The notes beneath the pieces are model-generated. The model was not told the origin of the DNA and made no database searches. It saw only the letters and a list, made by a program, of their open reading frames with translations. From contig CAVQSX010000019.1 of the NCBI GenBank assembly GCA_963715905.1, positions 19,496 through 51,495 on the forward strand: 32,000 nucleotides of DNA. Reading direction: 5' to 3'. Position 1 is the first letter of the stretch, and every line of letters starts with the position of its first letter. This document shows, in pieces, positions 25,254 to 32,000 of the stretch. The stretch comes from an uncultured Actinomycetota bacterium. Lineage in GTDB: Bacteria; Actinomycetota; Actinomycetes; Mycobacteriales; Mycobacteriaceae. Both the position numbers and the translations under genes were made by a program.

Positions 25254-27464
25254 ATGGGGCTATTGGGCCGCGCCGGGCTTCGCGCGCACTACGATTCTGC
25301 AGTGCCGGTTCGATGGAATGTCCCTCAACATGCGGCCGCCCGGGAGCAGCTGGATGCTGCGCTGGGCAAGCGAACGCGGCCGGCAGGTCAGTCGCCCGGC
25401 GCCGTCGTGCTCGGACCTGACGGCTGCGGCAAATCCACGCTGGCCCGGCTGGCCGCGGAAAACGTTGTCGAACACCATCCGGCCACACATATCCACTGGG
25501 TTACCGGCACCCCCACCGAACGCGTGGTCCCGTTCGGGGCTTTCAGCCATCTGGTGGATGTCGCCGACATCGGAAAGCCGGCCGCGCTATTGCGGGCGGC
25601 CCGGGCGTCACTGTGCGATGAGGAACAGGAGGGCGATCTGCTGCTGGTCGTCGACGATGCCCACAACCTGGACATCTTGTCGGCAACGCTGGTGTATCAA
25701 TTAGCGCTGGCCGGAACAGCCCGGATGGTCGTCACCGCGCGCGGGCCGGATGTTGGGGGCGCGCCTGACGCCATCGCGGCGCTGTGGAAGGACGGCCTGC
25801 TGGATCGGATCGACATCGCGGCGCCAGGCGGTGCGACAACTAATCCATCCGAGCCGGCAGAGGTCGACAAATTCATCGCCGAGTTACCTGCGCCGGCCCG
25901 GTCGGTGCTGGACTATCTCGCCGTCGCGGATCCGTTATCCCTCGCCGATCTCACCGTCCTGGCCGGCGACGCGGCGGCAAGGGAGGCGCAGGACTGGGGC
26001 GCGGTGGAAAGCCGGGAGCGCGGCGAACGTGCAGAAGACGCGGTGGTGTACACGGCGCACCCACTGTTCGCGCAGCGGGCGCTTGCCGCGCTCGGCGACG
26101 ACGGTGTGCGCCGCAGGCGCACCGACGTGGTCCGGGTGCTGTCCCAGCACCCGTCATCGCATCCCAGCGACCAGCTGCGGCTGGCATCCCTTGCGCTGGA
26201 CAGCGACGCCCCCCAACCGGTCGCCGAGGTTGTGGGCGCGGCGCAGCAGGCGCTGCGACTGGGTGACCTCATGCTCGCCGAACGACTGGCCCGTTCGGCG
26301 CTGCAACGCTCTGACGACCTGGCGGCACGGCTGCCGCTGGCCAATGCGCTGGCGTTTCAGGGCCGAGGCCGGGACGCGGAGGCGCTGCTGGCCGCGGTCG
26401 ACGCCGCCGCGCTGTCGGAGCCGGAACTGATGTCCTGGACGCTACTGCGGGCGGCCAATCAGTTCTTCATGCTCAGCGAGCCCGAGCGGGCCACCGCGTT
26501 TCTGCGGACCATCCGCAATCGGATCCCCGATGCGGGCCCGCGCGTCACCCTGGACGCTTTGAGCGCTACCTTCGCCATGAACGCGGGCAACGTCGGGCAT
26601 GCCGTCGACATGGCCCGCGAGGTGCTGGCATCACCGGCGGCCGATGACCAGGCGGTGGCCTGGGCGGCCAGCGCGGCCACGTTGTGCGCTGCGCGCCAGG
26701 GCCGGTTCGACGATGTCGAGCCGCTGGCGCAACGTGCGCTGGGCGCCGAACATCCCGGGCTGCTGCGATTCACGATCGGGCTGGGGCAGAGCACCGCTCT
26801 GTTGATGGCGGGTCGGTTGGACGCGGCACGCGAACTCGCCCAGCAGTTCACCGATTTCGCCGAACTACAGCAGCCCGGCCGCGCGATCGGCGAGGTGCTG
26901 CTGGCGCATTCGCTGATCGCCCAGGGCGAATTCGATCGAGCGACCGCACTTCTCGGCCCGGCGGCCGCCACCTTGGAGCGCACCGGATACTCGTGGGGAC
27001 CGCTGTCGCTGATGCTGCTGGCCACCGCGCTGGCCCAGCAGAGCGACATCCGCGAATCCGCGAAAGCATTGCGGCGAGCGGAAACCCGGCACAGCACGAA
27101 GTCCGCGTTGTTCACACCCGAGCTCGGTATGGCGCGCGCCTGGTGCAGATTGACCGTCCGGGATACCGCTGGCGCAATCAGGGCAGCCCGGGAGGCCGCC
27201 CGCGCTGCCGAGCGCGCCGGCCAGTCGGCCATTGCGCTGCTCGCCTGGCATGATGCCGTGCGATTGGGCGACACCCGGGCCGTCGAACCGGTGAGCCGGC
27301 TGGCTGCCGAAATCGATTGCGTCGTCGGCAACATCGTCGTCAACCATGCCCGCGCACTGGCCGCGAGCGATCCTCACGCGCTGACAGCCGTGTCCGATGA
27401 GCTGGCCGCGATCGGGATGCGTGCCGCGGCCGCCGATGCCGCCGCGCAGGCATCTGCCCATTGA
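25254..27464 (+). CDS. STAND/MalT-LuxR-type P-loop ATPase with a long helical-repeat C-terminal region and no visible C-terminal HTH (Rv1204c-like)
   Basis: The start is provisionally ATG 25254, giving 736 aa. Walker A is GPDGCGKST and Walker B is LLLVVDDAHNLD. An Ala/Leu-rich repeat region of about 500 aa follows. The ORF ends at ...AAADAAAQASAH without a LuxR helix-turn-helix. The 813-aa ORF start would overlap the divergent LOG gene. Confidence 0.7.
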   Translation: MGLLGRAGLRAHYDSAVPVRWNVPQHAAAREQLDAALGKRTRPAGQSPGAVVLGPDGCGKSTLARLAAENVVEHHPATHIHWVTGTPTERVVPFGAFSHLVDVADIGKPAALLRAARASLCDEEQEGDLLLVVDDAHNLDILSATLVYQLALAGTARMVVTARGPDVGGAPDAIAALWKDGLLDRIDIAAPGGATTNPSEPAEVDKFIAELPAPARSVLDYLAVADPLSLADLTVLAGDAAAREAQDWGAVESRERGERAEDAVVYTAHPLFAQRALAALGDDGVRRRRTDVVRVLSQHPSSHPSDQLRLASLALDSDAPQPVAEVVGAAQQALRLGDLMLAERLARSALQRSDDLAARLPLANALAFQGRGRDAEALLAAVDAAALSEPELMSWTLLRAANQFFMLSEPERATAFLRTIRNRIPDAGPRVTLDALSATFAMNAGNVGHAVDMAREVLASPAADDQAVAWAASAATLCAARQGRFDDVEPLAQRALGAEHPGLLRFTIGLGQSTALLMAGRLDAARELAQQFTDFAELQQPGRAIGEVLLAHSLIAQGEFDRATALLGPAAATLERTGYSWGPLSLMLLATALAQQSDIRESAKALRRAETRHSTKSALFTPELGMARAWCRLTVRDTAGAIRAAREAARAAERAGQSAIALLAWHDAVRLGDTRAVEPVSRLAAEIDCVVGNIVVNHARALAASDPHALTAVSDELAAIGMRAAAADAAAQASAH

Positions 27465-27568
27465 CGCCGAGCGTCACGGGTGATGACGAAGGTCTCGCCC
27501 GCTAATACCGCCTCGATCATCTTGGCGTTCTTGTTGCGCAGGTCGTGCTGGGCGATAATTCGGACCAC
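27465..27568 (-). pseudogene. Relic N-terminal fragment of a Phd/YefM-VapB-type antitoxin
   Basis: GTG 27568 lies 3 nt after the dapE stop. The product starts [33 protein letters not shown], which matches the antitoxin N-terminal pattern (xELRNxxxxxLxxVxAGExxxIT) seen for example in Mtb VapB5 as remembered. Codon third positions are G/C-rich up to ITRD. Similarity stops exactly where the ORF runs antisense into the STAND gene 3' end. No toxin partner is present. Confidence 0.4.
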
Positions 27569-27571
27569 CCG

Positions 27572-28636
27572 CTACCGACTCAGGTATCGGCGCAGCATGT
27601 CCACGGCAGCGTTGACCGCCGCCACCGGCACCCGCTCGTCGCGGGTGTGCGCCAGATTGGGGTCACCGGGCCCGAAGTTGACCGCCGGGATCCCCAGCGC
27701 GGCGAACCGGGCCACGTCCGTCCAGCCGTACTTCGCCCGGACCTGCCCACCGGCAGCCTCGACCAGCGCCTTGGCGGCGGGTTGGGACAGGCCGGGCAAC
27801 GCGCCCGCCGCCGAGTCGGTCTGCTCGATAGCCACGTCCAGCCCGTCGAACACATCGTGCACATGTTGCAGCGCCGCGGCCGCCGAACGGTCCGGGGCAA
27901 ACCGGAAGTTGACCGTCACCGAGGCGGCGTCGGGAATCACATTGCCGGCCACCCCGCCGTCGACGCGCACGGCCGACAGGCCCTCGCGGTACTCGCAGCC
28001 GTCGATATCGACGGTGCGCGCCCGGTATCCGGCCAGCCGGTCCAACACGGCGCCCAGCTTATGAATTGCGTTGTCGCCCAACCAGGATCGCGCCGAATGC
28101 GCCCGGGTTCCAGAAGCGCTGACGACAACGCGCAGCGTGCCCTGACAGCCCGCCTCGATGTAGCCGGCGGTGGGCTCGCCCAGGATGGCCACGTCGGCAG
28201 CCAACCAGTCCGGCAGCTCGCGCTCGATGCGACCCAAACCGTTTGCCGCCGCGTCGATTTCCTCGCAGTCGTAGAACACCAGCGTCAGGTCATGCACGGG
28301 TTCCGCCACGGTCGCCGCCAGGTGCAGGAACACCGCGTCACCGGATTTCATGTCCGCGGTGCCGCAGCCGTGCAGTTCCCCATCGGCCAGCCGGCTGGGC
28401 AGATTGCCCGCCGCCGGGACGGTGTCCAGATGGCCGGCCAGCAGCACCCGCGATGGCCGGTGCAGCGAAGTGCGCGCCAACACCGCGTTGCCGTTGCGCA
28501 CGATCTCGAAGCCCGACGTCTGCGCGCGCAGCGCGGCCTCCACCTCGTCGGCGATGCGGGCTTCGTCCCTCGACTCGCTCGGGACATCGACCAGCGCCGC
28601 GGTCAACTCGATCGGATCCCCACGCAAGTCCAGCAC
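27572..28636 (-). CDS. dapE: Succinyl-diaminopimelate desuccinylase (M20 peptidase)
   Basis: 354-aa ORF containing [20 protein letters not shown] and a C-terminal AHTRDERV. The size equals that remembered for Rv1202. The gene is divergent from dapD, as in Mtb. Confidence 0.9.
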   Translation of the reverse strand: MLDLRGDPIELTAALVDVPSESRDEARIADEVEAALRAQTSGFEIVRNGNAVLARTSLHRPSRVLLAGHLDTVPAAGNLPSRLADGELHGCGTADMKSGDAVFLHLAATVAEPVHDLTLVFYDCEEIDAAANGLGRIERELPDWLAADVAILGEPTAGYIEAGCQGTLRVVVSASGTRAHSARSWLGDNAIHKLGAVLDRLAGYRARTVDIDGCEYREGLSAVRVDGGVAGNVIPDAASVTVNFRFAPDRSAAAALQHVHDVFDGLDVAIEQTDSAAGALPGLSQPAAKALVEAAGGQVRAKYGWTDVARFAALGIPAVNFGPGDPNLAHTRDERVPVAAVNAAVDMLRRYLSR

Positions 28637-28666
28637 CCCTCCAGGGTAGTGGTTGCGTTCCCTGTG

Positions 28667-28728
28667 CCGACCAGACGCAAAAGCCCCCTTTTCATCGGCG
28701 TGTCGGGGGCGTTTACGTCTGCTCGCGG
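28667..28728. repeat. Degenerate copy of the palindromic hairpin element in the divergent dapE-dapD intergenic region
   Basis: The left arm is CCGACCAGACGCAAAAGCCCCC (28667-28688) and the right arm is GGGGGCGTTTACGTCTGCTCGCGG (28705-28728). Relative to a perfect stem there is a 2-nt gap plus mismatches. The loop TTTTCATCGGCGTGTC shares CGGCGTGTC with the 10901 copy. Confidence 0.7.
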
Positions 28729-28750
28729 AAAGGAAGTAGCGTGTCGAGAC

Positions 28751-29704
28751 GTGACTGGAGCTGCGGGCGCGGTAGGGCTGGGGGTGGCGACCCTGGCCTC
28801 CGACGGATCGATCCTCGACACCTGGTTTCCCGCACCGGAACTGACCGAAGCGGGCACCAGCTCGACGTCGCGTCTGGCGGTATCTGATGTTCCCGCGGAG
28901 CTGGGCGCGCTGATCGGCCGCGACGACGATCGGGTCACCGAGACCATCGCGGTCCGCACCGTCATCGGCTCGTTAAACGAACCCGCCGAAGACGCGTACG
29001 ACGCTTACCTGCGGCTACACCTGTTGTCGCACCGGCTGGTGGCACCGCACGGGCTGAACGCCGGCGGCCTGTTCGGGGTGTTGACCAACGTGGTGTGGAC
29101 CAACCGCGGTCCATGCGCTGTCGAAGGCTTCGAGGCCGTCCGGGCCCGGCTGCGCCGGCACGGACCGGTGACCGTCCTAGGCGTCGACAAGTTCCCCCGA
29201 ATGGTCGACTACGTCGTGCCCAGCGGGGTGCGCATCGCCGACGCGGACCGGGTGCGGCTGGGCGCCCACCTCGCGCCGGGCACCACGGTGATGCACGAGG
29301 GCTTCGTCAACTTCAACGCCGGCACCCTGGGCGCGTCGATGGTGGAGGGCCGCATCTCCGCCGGCGTGGTGGTGGGCGACGGCTCCGACATCGGCGGCGG
29401 AGCATCAATCATGGGCACGCTCTCCGGCGGTGGCACCCAAGTCATTTCGATCGGCAAGCGCTGCCTACTCGGCGCCAACGCGGGGCTGGGCATCTCGCTG
29501 GGCGACGACTGCATCGTCGAAGCCGGCCTCTATGTCACCGCGGGCACCAAGGTCAGCACGTCCGAGGGCAAGTCGGTCAAGGCCCGCGACCTCTCCGGTG
29601 CCAACAACCTGCTGTTCCGGCGCAATTCGGTGACCGGCGCGGTCGAGGTGGTGTCCCGCGACGGTCAGGGCATCGCCCTCAACGAGGACCTGCACGCCAA
29701 CTGA
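28751..29704 (+). CDS. dapD: 2,3,4,5-tetrahydropyridine-2,6-dicarboxylate N-succinyltransferase
   Basis: GTG 28751 gives 317 aa, the size of Rv1201c. The product starts [33 protein letters not shown] and is near-identical to remembered Mtb DapD, including the hexapeptide-repeat region. The 719-aa ORF in the track is mostly antisense to dapE. Confidence 0.9.
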   Translation: MTGAAGAVGLGVATLASDGSILDTWFPAPELTEAGTSSTSRLAVSDVPAELGALIGRDDDRVTETIAVRTVIGSLNEPAEDAYDAYLRLHLLSHRLVAPHGLNAGGLFGVLTNVVWTNRGPCAVEGFEAVRARLRRHGPVTVLGVDKFPRMVDYVVPSGVRIADADRVRLGAHLAPGTTVMHEGFVNFNAGTLGASMVEGRISAGVVVGDGSDIGGGASIMGTLSGGGTQVISIGKRCLLGANAGLGISLGDDCIVEAGLYVTAGTKVSTSEGKSVKARDLSGANNLLFRRNSVTGAVEVVSRDGQGIALNEDLHAN

Positions 29705-29705
29705 G

Positions 29706-31046
29706 TTACCGGCCGTCGGCGGTGGAGAACTCAGCGTCTGGGCTACTTCCAAGCTCTGTTCCGTAGGTTTCCGGTAACAGGTAGGTGCACACCAGGCTGG
29801 TGAGGGTGAACGCGCCCAGCATCAGACCGATCGACCAGCTGCCGTAGGTTTCCAGCAGCGTTCCCGCCACCAGCGGCGGCACCGCGCCACCGAGGATGCC
29901 GGCCAGATTCACCGCCAGTGCCGCTCCGCTGTACCGGTAGCGGGTGGCAAACAGCTCGGGAATGAAGGCTCCCGTGGGTCCGGAGCCGATCGCGCCGACG
30001 GCGAACATGCCGACGATGGCCACCGCGTACAACAGGTGATCGCCGGTGTTGATCAATGGGATCACCACAAACGACCACGGCACGCATAGCGCCCACCCGA
30101 CCAACATCATCCGGCGGCGCCCCACCCGATCGCACAGGCTGGCCGAGAGCGTCACGAACGCGATGCTCACCAGCCCGCCCAGCGCGCCAACCGACCAGAT
30201 GAAGGTGCGGGTGTAGCCCAGATGGTTGTGGGCGTACGTGGTGAGGTAGGTGTGACCCATGTAGACGAACGCCATGCCGCCGAGGATGCTGCCCGCCGCT
30301 AGGAAGATCTCCCGGCGCTGCAGCCGCAGCACCTCCGCAAGCGGCGCTTCAGGCACCAGGTTCTGGGCTTTTTCCTCCGCGAACACCGGGGTCTCGTCAA
30401 TGTTGAGCCGCACATACAGCGCGATCCCGATCAGCGCCGCGCTGATCAGGAACGGCACCCGCCACCCCCACTGCATGAAGGCGGGGCTGTTTTCGCCGAT
30501 GGTGATGTTGACGCCCAGAAAGGTCAGGCTGGAAAACACCGCGGCGGTCCCACCACCGAGCAGGGTGAACATGCCGAACAGGCCCCGCCGCCCGGGTGGC
30601 GCATATTCAACGCTCAGCAAGGCCGACCCCGCCCATTCACCGCCGACGGCGAAACCTTGCAGCAACCGCAGCACGATCAGGATCAAGGGGGCCGCCACGC
30701 CGATGGAAGCGGTGCTGGGAACCAGACCCACGCTCACGGTCGCCACTGCCATGATCAGCAGCGTCGCGATCAAGGTCTTTTTGCGCCCCAGCCGGTCCCC
30801 GTAATACCCGAACACGGCCGCGCCGATCGGCCGGGAGATAAACGCCGTGGCGAACGTCGCCAACGAGGCGACCGTGCCCACCGCGGAACCCAGTTGCGGG
30901 AAGAACACGGTGGGAAACACCAGGGCCGCCGCCGTGCCGTAGATCAGGAAGTCGTAGAACTCGATCGCCGAGCCGATCAGGCAGGAGGCCGCCACCCGCC
31001 TCAACGCCGTAGACCCCGGGCCGGCGTCAACCTCCGGCTCACCCAT
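29706..31046 (-). CDS. MFS transporter of the metabolite:H+ symporter type (Rv1200-like)
   Basis: 446-aa ORF with about 12 hydrophobic helices. The N-terminal motif SAIEFYDFLIYGTAAALVF and GYYGDRLGRKKTL are typical of ProP/KgtP-like MFS members. Confidence 0.85.
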   Translation of the reverse strand: MGEPEVDAGPGSTALRRVAASCLIGSAIEFYDFLIYGTAAALVFPTVFFPQLGSAVGTVASLATFATAFISRPIGAAVFGYYGDRLGRKKTLIATLLIMAVATVSVGLVPSTASIGVAAPLILIVLRLLQGFAVGGEWAGSALLSVEYAPPGRRGLFGMFTLLGGGTAAVFSSLTFLGVNITIGENSPAFMQWGWRVPFLISAALIGIALYVRLNIDETPVFAEEKAQNLVPEAPLAEVLRLQRREIFLAAGSILGGMAFVYMGHTYLTTYAHNHLGYTRTFIWSVGALGGLVSIAFVTLSASLCDRVGRRRMMLVGWALCVPWSFVVIPLINTGDHLLYAVAIVGMFAVGAIGSGPTGAFIPELFATRYRYSGAALAVNLAGILGGAVPPLVAGTLLETYGSWSIGLMLGAFTLTSLVCTYLLPETYGTELGSSPDAEFSTADGR

Positions 31047-31163
31047 GGGGGTCCCGCGTCCGGCTGCGTCTGCACACGTTTACGACGGTAGGGGAAGGTT
31101 CGCGGTTCCGCTCTTCAGGAAACCTGGCAAAACGCTGCGTGTCGCGGCGGCCGAAAACCGTCT

Positions 31164-32000
31164 TCAGCCGTCCAGCAACTGCTTCTTGACCACCTTGCCC
31201 ATCGCGTTGCGTGGCAGCGCATCCACGAAACGCACCTCACGCGGGCGTTTGTGCACGGAAAGCTCTTGGGCGACATAGTTGATCAGCTCATCGGCACCAG
31301 ATCCGGAACCGACGACGAATGCGACGATGCGCTGGCCGAGGTCCGGGTCGGGCAGCCCGACGACCGCCGCTTCCTGCACACCCGGATGCCCCAGCAACAC
31401 CGTTTCGATCTCGCCGGCGCCGATGCGGTATCCCCCGGACTTGATCAGATCGACCGACTCGCGCCCGACGATGCGGTGCATGCCGGCGTTGTCGACGACC
31501 GCGACGTCACCGGTGCGGTACCAGCCGTCGTCGTCGAAGGCTTCCGCCGTGGCGTCCGGTCGGTTCAGGTAGCCGTCAAACAGTGTCGGACCGCGAACGT
31601 TCAGCCGTCCAACGGTTTCACCGTCGTGCGGCACCGGTGCACCGTCGTCGTCAACCAACATGGTCTGCACCCCGGCCACCGGCAGACCCACCCAGCCCGC
31701 GCGCCGCTCGCCGTCCGCCCGGGTCGAGATGGTGATCAGCGATTCCGAGGCACCGTAGCGTTCGATGGGCTGGTGACCGGTGAGCTCGGCCAGTCGGTCG
31801 AACACCGGCACGGGTAGCGCGGCGCTCCCGGACACCAGTAGTCGCGCCGGTCGCAACGCCCGGGCCGCCGCCTCGTCAGCCGCCACCCGCGACCACACCG
31901 TGGGGACCCCGAAATACAACGTTCCGCCCGCTTCGGCGCGGGCCTGGGCGTAGCCGGCCGGTGTCGGTTTTCCGGTGTGCACGAAGCGATTTCCGACCCG
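31164..32000 (-). CDS. Acyl-CoA synthetase / AMP-dependent ligase, C-terminal portion only; the gene continues past the right edge (probably FadD36-like)
   Basis: The reading frame is open from the window edge to TGA at 31164. C-terminal motifs are WYRTGD, SGGYRIGAGEIE and PRNAMGKVVKKQL. The M shown in the ORF track at 31982 is an internal GTG. Confidence 0.8.
   Translation of the reverse strand, partial: RVGNRFVHTGKPTPAGYAQARAEAGGTLYFGVPTVWSRVAADEAAARALRPARLLVSGSAALPVPVFDRLAELTGHQPIERYGASESLITISTRADGERRAGWVGLPVAGVQTMLVDDDGAPVPHDGETVGRLNVRGPTLFDGYLNRPDATAEAFDDDGWYRTGDVAVVDNAGMHRIVGRESVDLIKSGGYRIGAGEIETVLLGHPGVQEAAVVGLPDPDLGQRIVAFVVGSGSGADELINYVAQELSVHKRPREVRFVDALPRNAMGKVVKKQLLDG

Noticed and set aside
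27545-28750. The first roughly 400 codons of the 719-aa + strand ORF 27545..29704
   Set aside because: This part is antisense to dapE and has no motifs. Only the last 317 codons (from GTG 28751) match DapD.

Overview
High-GC actinobacterial chromosome, almost certainly a slow-growing Mycobacterium because a PE_PGRS gene is present. From memory of the M. tuberculosis H37Rv map, gene order is collinear with, and inverted relative to, the Rv1235..Rv1193 interval. The order is: lpqY (5' end), Rv1234-like, Rv1232c/Rv1231c-like pair, Rv1230c-like transglycosylase, mrp, tatB, htrA, rseA, sigE, O-methyltransferase, TetR plus ABC efflux plus ICMT-like operon (Rv1219c-Rv1216c-like), glgC, glgA, DUF3117, tag, DivIVA-domain gene, gpgS, folP2, fadD6, LOG, STAND-type ATPase, dapE, dapD, MFS transporter and an acyl-CoA synthetase running off the right edge. 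Most of this is core housekeeping and envelope-stress biology. No rRNA, tRNA, CRISPR array, transposase or integrase was found. Five things are not explained by the core map: (1) a sharply bounded low-GC insertion between sigE and the methyltransferase, carrying a leaderless-looking, signal-peptide-less class A beta-lactamase-fold gene; (2) a dispersed palindromic hairpin family of about 60 bp with four copies, two of them in inverted orientation bracketing a PE_PGRS-histidine-phosphatase fusion gene absent from this position in H37Rv; (3) a truncated Phd/VapB-type antitoxin relic wedged between dapE and the STAND ATPase; (4) a 30-bp tandem duplication at the folP2 5' end; (5) candidate sigE regulatory sites. 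I did not find a clear multi-gene novel system. The best candidates for under-described biology are the MgtE-N/CBS plus DUF1003 coupled pair, the LOG / HTH-less STAND ATPase / antitoxin-relic neighbourhood, and the hairpin-bracketed PE_PGRS insertion. All homology statements come from reading the translations by eye and from remembered family motifs; no search was run.
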